Both the position numbers and the translations under genes were made by a program. Below are positions 42,422 to 55,075 of a stretch of 64,000 nt of DNA, one piece after another. The stretch spans positions 19,344,001-19,408,000 of the forward strand of contig OX597831.1 of the NCBI GenBank assembly GCA_951406725.2. Reading direction: 5' to 3'. The DNA comes from Octopus vulgaris. Lineage: Eukaryota. The notes beneath the pieces are model-generated. The model had not been told where the DNA came from and ran no database searches. It saw only the letters and a program-made list of their open reading frames with translations. How positions within the stretch are numbered: the first letter of the stretch is position 1; every line of letters begins with the position of its first letter.

Positions 42422-43321
42422 TACATGGATGCATGCATTCATAAGTACATACGTACATGCATACGTAGACGCACTCATATATATATATATATATACATAC
42501 ATGCATACATACATGTAAATATATTCATATGGAATGTAACCTTACATTCGTATGACTTTGTATATTTGCATAGGTAAATTTGTATCATATATTTATACAT
42601 TTACATGTATAATTGAAGCTACATTTCATGTGATTACACACCTGTAAAAGTAAGTAGGAAAGGAAGGCTCGATTTCTGCAATTAATCAACAACGTCTGAA
42701 TTACACAGTCCGTTAAGAGATGTGTTACACTACCACACATTTTCGTCCATAGTTAGCGCTTCCACGATCTTCTTGCCGGGTTTGTAGGCGTCGCTTTCAC
42801 CTTATAATAGCCAAGAATATGTATATACAGAAATATAATTAAATTACCAAGACCGATGAAGGAATATACCCTAGAAATTCTTTAGCTGTGAGAATACGCA
42901 ACTGAATAAGTTTAAATGTATGAGGTACGAAAGGGAATACGTTCGAGAAAGGCTTTAACAAAATTTCACGGATGACTGCACTTTGCTGTTCACACGAAGT
43001 TTATGTAAGTTGCCGCGGAAATATTTTGCAGTAATATTTCACTACGATGAATAACAAGAAATAAATATTAACGTTTACCACTCATTCTATTGGTGATATT
43101 TCTGCTATTCATATTTTGAGGTAATATTTGCAACAAAGCGAAGAAATCTTCTAAATGTCAAGTTTTGAAATAATAATAATAAAAAATTTAAACATAAGAA
43201 ATGGGCAAATAACTTAAGTTCATTTGTTAGATATATATTCTGCGCTATAAAACCGCTTTTTGTTAGTTATTTATTGTGAGTAACAATGACACTAGCTTCT
43301 CAATATTATGTATGCTTATAA

Positions 43322-43745
43322 GGCGGTGAGCTGGCAGAAACGTTAGCACGCCGGGCGAAATGCTTATCGGTTTTTCGGCTGCGCTACGTTCTGAGTTCAA
43401 ATTCCGCCGAGGTCGACTTTGCCTTTCATCCTATCGGGGTCGATCAATTAAGTAGCAGTTCCGCACTGGGGTCGATGTAATTGACTTAATCCCTTTGTCT
43501 GTCCCTGTTTGTCCCCTCTGTGTTTAGCCCTTTGTGGGTGGTAAAGAAATAAGAAACGTTAGCACGCCTGCCGAATTGCTAGCGGTCTGCCTTTACATTC
43601 TCAGTTAAAATTCCGCCGAGATCGACTTTGCTTTTCATCCTTTAGGGATTGATAAATTAAGTACCCGTTGCGTAATGGGGTCATCTAATTGACTGGCACC
43701 CTCCCTCAAAAAAATTTCGGGCTTTGTGCCTAGAGTAGAAAAGAA
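43322..43745 (+). mobile_element. SINE-C with Meta-domain-like core and partial internal duplication
   Basis: ggcggtgagctggcagaaacgttagcacg head, B-box-like gagttcaaattcc, core gcctttcatcct..ggggtcgat..aattaagta; a second partial unit starts at 43552. Other fragments near 37509, 46225-46390 (-) and 51460-51640 (-). Confidence 0.85.
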
Positions 43746-44066
43746 TATTATGTATGTTTAGAGTATAGGAGATGTAATGGTTGGGAGGTAATTCCTCCAA
43801 TGTGTATTATGTTAGAGCGTCTTGCTTCTAAAAGTAACTACAACCAAGGGTTAAAGAGCATTTCTGACATATGTTGATGCATATATATATATCAAAATAG
43901 AATCATATATATATATATCAAAATGTAGAATCTACATTGAGTGAAAGACGGGATGGACGCTTCATTTTTGTGCTGGTGCCCCACTATGTCGTACGCGACT
44001 GAGAGGAATTGCATCCCCAACGTAGAAATTATGATGTAACACATGTCCTTGAAGTAGTAATTGTGC

Positions 44067-44144
44067 GCGGCTGAAGAAGGCCATAGACACACATTATGCA
44101 TTGTTATAAATCCGTCTAATAAAGGCCCGAAACATATGTACCGC
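44067..44144 (+). ncRNA. Type I hammerhead motif with canonical core inside a ~330 bp (TA)n-flanked element (43920-44250)
   Basis: gcgg-CTGAAGA-a-ggcc-[41 nt loop]-ggcc-c-GAAA-catat-GTA-ccgc; helix III is the palindrome ACATATGT. Confidence 0.8.
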
Positions 44145-45372
44145 TGAATTCTTGGCATCATGTTTTTATTTTGATTAATTTGCTCCACCACCTACACCAC
44201 CAAATGGTATATACAGGTGCTTACAATTATCAAGTACTCACCCTGAATTTTTATATATATATATATATATACACACACATAAAATAGGATAAAATTTTCA
44301 AAAAATTTCATCAGTGGCCAGCATAATAAAAAATACAGTAGTGCTCAAAAGATTGAAATTTAGACTCCGATTTTTATAGTGGATCATTCCAACAGGTAAA
44401 TAAAAGCTATAAGTTGATCTGATTGAGCGGTTATAGAAAGAGTTTCTGAGGTAACCAAATGAGACAGTTAAGATATATTAAATATGTCAGGTACATTTAA
44501 ATACAAAATATGTATAACTGCATACATGCGAAACGAAAGAAACCAAAAGGTGGAAACTTTCAGATGATGAACGATAAAAGTTTATGCATAAATGTGTGTC
44601 TGTCTGTCTGTGCACGTGTAAACACATATATGACCCGGCGCACGTGATTAGCGTAGCATTGACTTCAAAGTGACATCTATGAATTCTCATCTAAGCATCC
44701 TTATCCATTTAGGCAATTAATAGGCAAGTTATCGAGGTTTATCTCCCGGCATCAAAACTCTTAGGGACTTGCTGTGTTGAAAAACAAATTATATATCAGA
44801 AGCAGATGACGCACTGTCTCGCCAAAGGCTTCGTTTTGACTTCCATGGGCCTTGTCAGTGATGTGTACTCGTAGATGGGATTACAGTTCATGATGTCTAA
44901 AGATAAACAAGAAAGAAAAGAAGCAGGAATGCATTGATCTGAAACTTATAGTTGCTGACATAGTATAGGATTGAACTCTTGACACAGCAGACAAAATATT
45001 AATGTTCCTTTCTGATTCTTGTTTTATTTTATTTATTCATTTTGTTTTTATAGATATCGAGAAATGCCTAATCCAATATGCCTCGTCTTCCTTAAGTTAC
45101 AAGAGCCGAAATGGAGTCGGTTTTCGTTACTTCTCCAAGATAATAGAACTTCTACATAATCAGACTGTGTCCATTAATATGTCCATAAATATAAACGGGT
45201 CTGTTTGCAATTCATTTTTTTTCAGATGATGTTGCAATTAAGTAACCATCCTGTTTTGTTTTTGGGGCATAGTTCCCAGACTAAATCCAGGCGATGTCAT
45301 ATATTGTGTCATCAAGGTGATAACTTATGATTTGTTTGTGATTCATTTGTGGTCGTGGTAGTGGTGGTGGTG

Positions 45373-45418
<46 letters not shown>

Positions 45419-45786
45419 CAGCAGCAGTTGTTGCTGTTATCGTCGTCGTCGTTGTTCTCATTGTTCATAACCTCCGAGTCATCTCTATTTCATGTCCGGC
45501 TGGATAATGGTATGACGTTCCAGCCGCGGGCATCACATTTACTTTTGTTTTTCATTTCATGCATAAAATATCTACGAATTCACAAGCCACTATCGTGTCT
45601 TCTATGACATATGAATTCCAGAGGAACAATCATGCCTTGTGTTCCAGCTATATCATTCCCCTAGTCCATTTAACCATGTAACCCCATTCGTTAACATGTC
45701 AGTATAAAATGAGAATAGATTACGTGTGTCTATTCTAACAGATGGACCAATTATGTACACACACACACATATATATATACATATAC

Positions 45787-45942
45787 ACGACGGGCTTCTT
45801 TCAGTTTCCGTCTACAAAATCCAATCACATGGCTTTGGTCGGCCTGAGGCTATAGTAGAAGACACTTGCCCAAGGTGTCACGCAGTGCGACTGAACCCGG
45901 AACTCCGTTGTTGGTAAGCAAGCTACTTACCACACAGCTACT
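45787..45942 (-). mobile_element. SINE-A 5' half
   Basis: Reverse complement of head and core (agaagacacttgcccaaggtg..actgaacccgg..ggtaagcaagctacttaccacacagc). Confidence 0.85.
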
Positions 45943-47605
45943 TCTTACGATTTTTCTTCTCCTCCTCCTCGTCCGCATTTTTTCTACCTCCATCACTAAC
46001 CTTCGTTTTTCTCTTCTTCTCGAGCATCACTCATTATTATCATCGTCATCATCGCCGTGATTATTGCAGTCGTCATCATTATCAACATCATCGTAGTTGT
46101 CATCAACCTTGTCGGCGGCGTCGAAATTGTTGTTGTTTATTATGGTCGTCATCATCGTCGTAACCTCCCCATCATCATTATACTCAAGAACAACACCATC
46201 ACCATCTGCCTCCTCATAATCCTTTTCTGCTTTAGGCACAAGGCCTAAATTTCGGATTGAAGGCCGGTGGTTGATTACATCGATGCAAATATCGCAACAG
46301 GTACGTATTTTATCGAATCAGAAACGGCAAAAGCAAAGTCGACATGGCCAACATTAGAACCCACAAACTCTAGTCTGACGGAATGACGCGAAACACGTTG
46401 TTCGTCGCCTTCACCTTGCTTTTCACATTGAAAGAGAAAAATGTATATATCATCCGTACTATACGTATTTATCTAACCAAGCGCACAAAATCGCAGAGCC
46501 AAACATGTATGTGTATATATGTATTTGTATGTGTATATGTATACATCTCTTATGATAAAAAGCAGATTTTCTCTGCCAGTTCCCATGTTCCTTTTTAATA
46601 CAATTCTACAATATAGAATTCCTTCAATTGGAATTTACCTATGATTTTTCCAAGTAGATTCGATTGGGTCATGGCATAAAAAGTTTTTTTCAATTTGACC
46701 CCCAATTAAGCAAAAATTCGAGAAAACTCAATACTTTACGATTTCCCTCTCTCATTTCAAGTGGTTTACTCCTGCTATTACTTCTCATACTTTCTCTTTG
46801 CAAGTGTAAAACTATCAAAGTGAAAGTATTATATAACAGGGATGAGACATTAATACTGGTCATCCTTTTTGCAAGAGGAAGATTCGCTATGGTCTTATAT
46901 GCTACACCACTGGTTTTCAATTCATATTAACCAAATTAATATTAAATTTTTCACCCTTATTATGTGTGTGTGTGTGTGTATTAGCAATTCGTATAAAATT
47001 GCATCAATGACTTGAACTTGAATAAGTGGTTTCACATAAATGGGGATAATTTAAAAAGGTTTGTTGTTATTATTATTACTGTTTGACTATTGTAATCATG
47101 TTTGTTGGTTCCTCGTCAGGGAAACGTTGTTGTGTTACATTTGTTAAATATTTGTAAACCGTAACCCTCCCCCTTTCGGAGAAGGGGCTTTGGTTATTGT
47201 TTAAAAATTGAATTGTGTCCCTGTTTGGGGAAATTGGCAATATTTTCACCGTCTTTGTGGAAGCATTTTTGTTAAAATGCCTTCGATAGAAGAAAGTACA
47301 AAAATGAATTTCGCTGCAGCAGTACACTTCTATACAAGAGGGAGGACAAGATCCAATTGATCGAAATTGCAAGAGACGGGCATACAATTCCAGTCTGGTA
47401 TATATTTTGAGTATTGTTATCACTATCGATATCAAGATATAACTTTGTATTTTGTATTTTATGTGTAGATGTATATATGTAGATGTACATATAATATGTA
47501 CACATATATATGCACATATATATACATGCATAATATATCTACCCATACACACATACGCACACACACACATACACACATACTTAGGGGCAGGTGTGGCTGT
47601 GTGGT

Positions 47606-49960
47606 AACAAACTACGTTCGAAGATACTGTACCTGATATGGGCGGTAATGCCTTGCCGGTCTATGGTCGACCTTCAACAAACCGGGAAGGCACAAACACT
47701 CTGTCTTCACATTTGCTGCGTGAGACATGTTTTAATGTTGACGAGCTTGCCGACAATGAGCCAAAGCTCCTTCCAGAACAGAAGTTCGCTTACAACTCCG
47801 TTGTTAATTCAGTCCGGGCCAAAGCTGGGGGGATTTTTTTCTGGACGCTCCTGGGGGCACTGGGAAAACTTTTGTCAACAAATTAATATTGGCTGAGATT
47901 AGGCAAACACAAGGCATTGCCCTAGCTGTGGCATTATCTGGAATTGCGGCTACTTTGTTGCCAGGCGGCAGGACAGCTCACTCCACTTTCAAGCTCCTGC
48001 TTGACTTAGCGAAGACTGAGACACCAACTTGCAAAATCAGTAACAGCTCCGGTCTTCAGACGATGCAAGCTTATCGTTTGGGATGAATGCACGATGGCCC
48101 ACAGAGGTGCTCTTGAGGCACTAGATAGATCTCTCAGAGACACCAAACACTCTTCAGCTCCCATGGGAGGCATAACACTTCTTCTTTCAGAGGACTTCCG
48201 ACAAACACTTCCCGTTATTCCCAAAGGGACTAGAGTTGATGCAGTAAGTCCGTGTCTTAAGTCATCCACAGTGTGGCCACTGGTGAAGACTCTCAAACTT
48301 CACACCAATATGCGAGCTCATATGCGACGTGATATCACATCAGCAGCATTTTCTCACACCCTCCTTGCACTTGGCGAAGGCAAAATACCAGGGGATGAAA
48401 ATGGTAATATTGCCATCGATTCCATTTGTACCATTGTTAAAACGCCTTCTGATCTCTGAGATGCAGTGTCCCAGATCTACAAGCTAATTATCAGAATATG
48501 GATTGGATTGGCCAAAGGGCTATTCTGGCCCCGAGAAATAAAACTGTTCATCATATTAATGATGAAATGCTAAAACTCATTCCTGGGGATGTCTATATAT
48601 ATATAGGTCTATCGATACAACTCCTGACCTAGAGGACGTCATCAACTATCAAATAGAGGTACTCAATTCCTTTGAGCCCCTTCGACTACCACCACACATT
48701 CTCAAACTTAAAGTTGGTGCCCCTATAGTGCTCATTAGAAATTTGGTTCCCCCAAAACAATGCAATGGCACACGTTTGATCGTTAAGTCCTTATCTCCCA
48801 ATCTGACTGAGGCCACCATTATCACAGGGTGCGGTCGAGGCAACGTTGTGCTCATACCTAGGATGCATCTTTTCCCATCAGGAGCAGACCTACCTTTCAT
48901 ATTTCGGAGGTCCCAGTTCCAAGTAAGGCCATGTTTCGCAATGTCAATTAACAAAGCGCAGGGTCAAACACTGTCTGTGGCGGGAATTCATTTGGGAGAG
49001 CCATGTTTCTCTCAAGGTCAGCTTTATGTTGCCTGCTCGCGTGTCGGCAGCAACAGTGATGCTTTCGCATTCGTTCCACAACGAAAAACAAAAAATATTG
49101 TGTACAATGATGTTTTATATGATTACTACGTTTCGTCATTTTCGAGCACGTTAGTATTTCACTTACATACGACTCTCTTTTATGATAGCATTTACATTTT
49201 TAGGCGTTTCATTACATTAATTCACACTTAACCAACACCTGTCCTTCGCTCACCTCTATTTCTACCCATTCATCATCAAACCACCAGCCTCATCTTCTAT
49301 ATCCAAAGTACATGACACATCTACCCCCTACATCTACACTCTCACTGTTAAAGTTTACATAAGCGACAACACGATCGCAACATACACTTTGGAAACTAAG
49401 CAACAGATCATTTTATACAACAACAAATTTAATCATAACGCCCATCAATGAAAACATCTCCACCACTGCGTTGTGATTCATCTATTCAGCACCACTACAG
49501 TCTCGCCGGTCTGACATATGGTGAGTAGATGCTATTGTTCTATATTTTATAAATTACCCATATTTACTTACCCATGCTTCATTCTTCTCTTGCCTACATA
49601 GGGCATCCATTCTCTTTTAACACAGTATGAAGTTTTGTAACAGCACATCCGCTGCCGTTCGTGGAAAACGAAGAGACCCTTTTCACCTGCGAACGTTTTA
49701 CACCGCCTTCCACGACTATCAAATTCTTACACTTACGAGAACAATAACATGGCTCTTTTCAAGGCAACCTCGCATTCAATTCTTACACCATTCTACGAAG
49801 GGGTAGGAACCCCTTTACACGGCTTTCTATACACTTACAAATACATTCATTCGCCGGAAACTTATATCAATATTTGCCTGAATAATCATCATAATTCAGT
49901 GCAATCATTAACAGTACTTTCAAGCAATTCAGCCCCGAGCATCGCCAGGCAATTCTGCTA

Positions 49961-49961
<1 letters not shown>
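47606..49961 (+). mobile_element. Helitron 3' half: Pif1-like helicase pseudogene, 3' UTR, hairpin and CTAG end
   Basis: FLDAPGGTGKTF, SGIAATLLPGGRTAHSTFKL, IVWDECTM, DFRQTLPV, LKVGAPIVLIRNL, CNGTRL, FAMSINKAQGQTL, GQLYVACSRV, TKNIVY; terminus cccgagcatcgccaggc..CTAG|T at 49958-49961. Confidence 0.95.
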
Positions 49962-50017
<56 letters not shown>

Positions 50018-50020
<3 letters not shown>

Positions 50021-50214
50021 GGAAGGTTTTCAAAAATAAACAAAAGACGAAGGCTGGTGGAGTACAAACAAACAAATGCATTAGTATAGCGCTCAGGAAT
50101 AGAAATAGAAAAAGTATTTTACGTTTCGAGCCTACGCTCTTCGACAGAAAGATACACAGAAAAAAACAAGGAGAGAAAAAAATGCGTGTAGGAGCTAACG
50201 ATCTATCATGGCCG
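50018..50214 (-). mobile_element. Family A short element in (TA)n with a CUGUCGA hammerhead-like motif
   Basis: Reverse complement of 50117-50150: ttt-CTGTCGA-a-gagc-gtag-gctc-GAAAC-GTA-aaa. Confidence 0.75.
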
Positions 50215-50238
50215 TATATGCATATATATATATATATG

Positions 50239-50609
50239 AGTATACTTTACGTTGTCGAGCGGTTACTGTTTACATCTCGTTCAGAGTTTTATTATCGCTT
50301 GCAGACAGTTTTTCGAAATCAGTGACGGAAGTAACTGGGAAAAACAATAAATAAATATTTGCAAACAGGTCTCCCTTCATCGAAAACCGGTGATTGCCGT
50401 ACGCCGAAGACAGGCAAATACTTAGAAACTGCAGTCCATGCGTGTCACTTAGGTTTACGAGAGAGGGATGACTTCCCTTTGCAAATACCATAAGGTCCTA
50501 GAAAGTGTGCCTAAAGCCAGCTGGAGACGATGATCTCTTGAGGTTAAAAGCTACAGTAACATCCACCCTTAGTGGTTAGCCATATTTTGATGGCTAGTAT
50601 ACTTTACGT
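50239..50609 (+). mobile_element. Retrozyme-like monomer (357 nt plus 14-nt terminal redundancy) in (TA)n
   Basis: agtatactttacgt repeated at 50239-50252 and 50596-50609; collinear homology with the 358-nt unit at 62807-63773; internal hammerhead. Confidence 0.85.
50384..50456 (+). ncRNA. Extended type I hammerhead, slightly decayed
   Basis: aaacc-ggtga-ttgc-cgtacg-CCGAAGA-cagg-caaata-ctta-GAAA-ctgca-GTC-catgcg-tg-tcact-ta-ggttt; palindromic helix III ACTGCAGT; predicted cleavage after 50436. Confidence 0.8.
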
Positions 50610-50617
50610 ATATATAT

Positions 50618-50678
<61 letters not shown>

Positions 50679-51829
50679 GCATACATATATATATACATAT
50701 ATATGCATGTATGTATATATATTCATATATAGATATAAATACACAAACACACACATATATATAGATAGATATATATAGAGAGAGACAGAGAGAGATGGAG
50801 ACAGATGGAGAGAGAATTACATATGTTTGTGCATAAACAAAGGCTAAACAAACAGCAGAATAAACTAACACGACCACAGGTAGTTTACAACAAAATAAAT
50901 TTTATAATCAATATTCGCGACACTGTAAGTCTTTACTTTTGTTACGACTTCTTATAAAACATCTACATCAGAGTTTATAGAACTGTGTAATATTCGGTAA
51001 ATGATGCTTTTATAAAACAATCAATGACTAAACACGCCATTGAAGTTATATTCACTTTTATATTATCGTACAGAGTATTGTCTAGCGCAAAACTTTAGAC
51101 TGACGCCGTGTTGGCTCCAGGATATCAATGAATGATATATGCAAATTGATATTGTATAATAACATGATAATAATCACAATGCAGCTTTAAAATCAGAAGG
51201 TTTTTTAAGAGAAATGCCTGTGGTAAATTATAAAACAAAAGAATTGATTACGAGGATTTTCATTGTACGTGTATGTATGTATATGTATAGACAGGATATT
51301 CGGGTTAAATATGACTGTTTTTCGTGTTTCCATTTTTCAGAAACAGCTTAATGTGTTGGTGCAATCAACCTCGTTGGCCAACGTAAAAGATTATGGTTGG
51401 TGCTGAAAAAAGAGATAGCTGATATGGATCATTTCAAGTCAGCTAAATATTGGTTTCAGGTTCCGGCATAAAGTCAGCAAATTTGGGAGGGGCTAAGATG
51501 ATTACATCTGTTGAGGGGCTCAATTCGTATTTATCTCATCGACTCTGAAAAGATAAAAAGCAAGGCCGTCCTCGGCGAATATTGAACTCAAAATGTAGAG
51601 ACGCACAAAATGCCGCTAATTATTCTGTCAGTTCGCCGCCCTAAGCCTTCTGAATGCTGGAAAAGAGTTACTTGTATCCTGAGTCAAGCTGGGCATCAAC
51701 ACGAAGACGTCATGACCCTTGCTCAATGACCTATAAACGCAGCAGAGGTTGTAAAATGTAGCATAAACAGAGGCGTCGGAGACCACGAAGCCATGGCCAG
51801 TAGAAAGGGGCAATAAAGTGGGTGTCAGT

Positions 51830-52270
51830 ACCTCCTGCATGCTGGAATTCATTCACACAATTTCCATCAATGCCTTATGTTCGATTCAGGCAGCTGTGGA
51901 GCATCAGAAGACTACCGTCAATTCGTGGGCGGAGAATATTTTTGTTGGAAAGCCACTTTGTGTGGCAACAGGATTGGGATTTTTGCTATGCCTTTGGAGA
52001 TGGTCAGAAGTTGTTTTCAGAGAATTTCTACGAGTCACCTAGTCCCAATTTCTGGCATACTAATTCCCCCGGTGATAATCACATGGATAACTGTGTGTGG
52101 AACACGGTTGAACTAGACAACAAACGTTCTGCTTGCAACAGAAATACCAAGTTGATGGTCAAGACCAAAGAGTCATTCCCTGTAAGAAATGCATCCTTTT
52201 TGCAAATATACAGAGAACCCACCCTCTTTGCCATACACTTTGCTGTTGTGTCGTCATTTGTTTTTAAAGC
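51830..52270 (+). pseudogene. DD37D (maT-like) transposase C-terminal remnant
   Basis: ORF 51822..52292 has FVWQQD, then 37 residues including FWHTNSPGDNHM, then D-NCVWNTVE, matching QQD..WPPNSPDLNPMDY.VW. Confidence 0.65.
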
Positions 52271-52339
52271 TCTGAGGAGGGTATTTACATAAAATATCGA
52301 ACAACATGGAATGTTTTTAATCTGACCGGACTGAAATTC

Positions 52340-53570
52340 ACAGGTTTTTACTTCACTCATTGGGGAACTTGTATACGCTGGCGATTGCGATCTTGTCAGT
52401 CATTCCGAAACATGTTTGCAATCTCTTGTATCTTAAATCGAATGAGCTTGGGATGATTTGGCTTGACCATCATCTGGAAGAAAACTGTTTTAATGCATCA
52501 ACCTGTGTGTGGTGCTGTTTGTAACACTGCTAAAATGTTTGTTAAGAGTAAGTTACATGAGGCTGCCGATTCGTTCATCCACCTTGCAAACTCTGTAGAA
52601 AATGATGGAACTATTGATACAGCGATACATCTGCGAGTTCAAAGGGTAACAAAAGCATTTGGTGGCTTGAGGTCACGCGTTTGGCGCCAGCGACATATAA
52701 ATAAGAATGCAAAGCTGGTTCTTCACAAATCATTTGTCTTACCATCCTTGTTATATTCTTGTGAAACTTGGACTTGTTATGAAAGGCATTTTAAATTGTT
52801 AGAACAATTCCACCACAAATGCATTCATCGCACTTTAAAAATTCAATGGAGTACTTTTACTCCAGACACAGATGTCCTTGCATCTGTAGGCATCACCTCA
52901 ATCAAAGCTATGATTTTGAGGAACCAAATGAGGTGATGTGGCCATATTGTGCGAATCGAGGGTGAACGCATACCGAAACAGCTGTTTTATGGTGCGTTTG
53001 CAGAGGGAAAATGCTATAGGCGTAAACGTAGCAAAAAAAAAGTAAAAGTTTTGAGGATGGCTTAAGGATTACTATGAAGTCACTTGGAATGAATCCAGAA
53101 GACATAGAAACCCTTCCTTTGGATCGAGCTGGATGGCGAACAAAAGTATGGAGTAGAGTGAAAGCGTTTGAAGAGGCCAGGATAACGCATGTAAAACTGA
53201 AAAGAGACCTAAGGAAGAATGTTACGATCCAGAAGGAGAATGACAATGACATTTTTTGTGTGCACAGTTTCTGACAGACCATGACGTCCTTTTGCTGGGC
53301 TCAAATCTCATTTGCGATTCCAGGACAAACGAACTTCCACCAACTATTCTGCCTATATGTCTGTGCACACCTTTGAATGCAGTGTATGCCAGAATGTTTT
53401 CAAATCTAACGGAAGCCTCAAAAGACATTTCAAAATCCACATTGATCAGAGTTTAACTACAGCTCTTGGTGGTCCAACTTAGTTAGGAAATCTAATTGGG
53501 TGTCTTTTCAAAACATTGCCTGATTTAAAAAGCCACATCAAATACCATCATGGTTCTGAGGTGTACGTTC
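52340..53570 (+). mobile_element. RTE-clade LINE, 5'-truncated and degraded
   Basis: YAGD (YADD-like), AFGGLRSRVWRQRHI, VLPSLLYSCETWTCY, LEQFHHKC, R*CGHIVR..RIPKQLFYG, DRAGWR. Confidence 0.88.
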
Positions 53571-54523
53571 AGGAGGTATGTATGTGTATGTGTGATAGCG
53601 TTAACGGCTTGGATTAAGATTGATCAAAATCCCTGTCGTAGTAAACTGTACAGGTGGGTAAGATGTAATGTTGTTTTCTCCATATGTTGATTGGGAAGTT
53701 TTATTATTCAATGTACTTTGAAGGATAGAAACAAAGGAACAAATAAAGTAAAATGCTTATAAGAATCATGTCCATATGATTACATCGAAATCTATTCAAT
53801 ACTTTATGCTTATGACTTAAACTGTTCGTTTCAATCCTGGATATTCTCCAAAATAAATCGGTATCTTTCGATGGAGAGACCTCTAAGAAATTTACAGATT
53901 GTCTCTTTGCGTCTGTGTTCCAGCGAATTTCTTGTAACTACTCTAACCTAATGATTCTGTGTTTCGAGTACATATCTCAGCGATGATTGTACTTTGAATT
54001 CCGAGTTGTACAATATTACAAGTTACTTAATACAACGTTCTAAAGGCCGTGCCACTTCCACAGTTTATATATATTCCATAGAAAGAGCTGAAATGTTCCT
54101 AGATTTAACGGTATCACAAAACGCCTGGTTGGAGACCAAACCATCCGAGTTCATCTACACGGTTAAAAAAAAAGCTGAAGGACCGCCCCAATAAGTGGGA
54201 ATCGGAGTAGAGAATAAGCTGAATAAAATCATAATTAGCTTATCTTTTTGTATTTTATTTCTCTCAAAGCCAGGAATTTTCAGCACCCCCTTGGATACTC
54301 CACAAAAAGGAGTCACTCGTCTTCTTAGAAATTGTTGCTAAATAAACCCAGACTACACATGACTGTTTGAAATAAACATCGATATATCGGGAAATTTAGG
54401 TCTAGGTGGTGATCACTGATGGAGCGCCTTACTTTATAGCTCAGCTTGCTCACGGCTGAACATAACAAAAATAACAACAAATACGTAAAGCTAAACATTT
54501 TTTTTTCCGTTTTGGAAGTGTAA

Positions 54524-54785
54524 GGCACAGGAGTGGCTTTGTGGTAAGTAGTTTGCTTACCAACCACACGAGTCCGGGTTCAGTCCCACTGCGTGGCACC
54601 TTGAGCAAGTGTCTTCTACATAGGCGCAGGAGTGGCTGTGTGGTAAGTAGTTTGCTTACCAACCACACGAGTCCGGGTTCAGTCCCACTGCGTGGCACCT
54701 TGGGCAAGTGTCTTCTACTATAGCCTCGGGCCGACCAAAGCCTTGTGAGTGGATTTGGTAGAGAGAAACTCAAAGAAGCCCGTCG

Positions 54786-54860
<75 letters not shown>

Positions 54861-55075
54861 ATGTTTGTGTGTCTGTGTTTATCCCCCCAACCTCGCTTGA
54901 CAATCGATGCCGGTGTATTTACGTCCCCGTAACTTAGCGGTTCGGCAAAAGAGACCGATAGAATAAGTACTAGGCTTACAAAGAATAAGTCCTGTGGTCG
55001 ATTTGCTCGGCTAAAGGTGGTGCTGCAGCATGGCCACAGTGAAATGACTGAAACAAGTAAAAGAGAGTAAAAGAG
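54524..55075 (+). mobile_element. SINE-A, full length, with a tandemly duplicated ~99 bp head
   Basis: Head 54524-54622 is repeated from 54623; CORE-like gtggcaccttgggcaagtgtctt; internal (TA)n(TG)n; family tail. Confidence 0.92.

Noticed and set aside
42850-42885. CCGATGA-agg..cct-AGAAA, and a similar CTCATGA word at 31726
   Set aside because: Too many core deviations and no helix I/III support.
47105-47135. CTGACGAGG (minus) next to GAAACGTT (plus)
   Set aside because: The two half-motifs lie on opposite strands and no helix II/III can be built.
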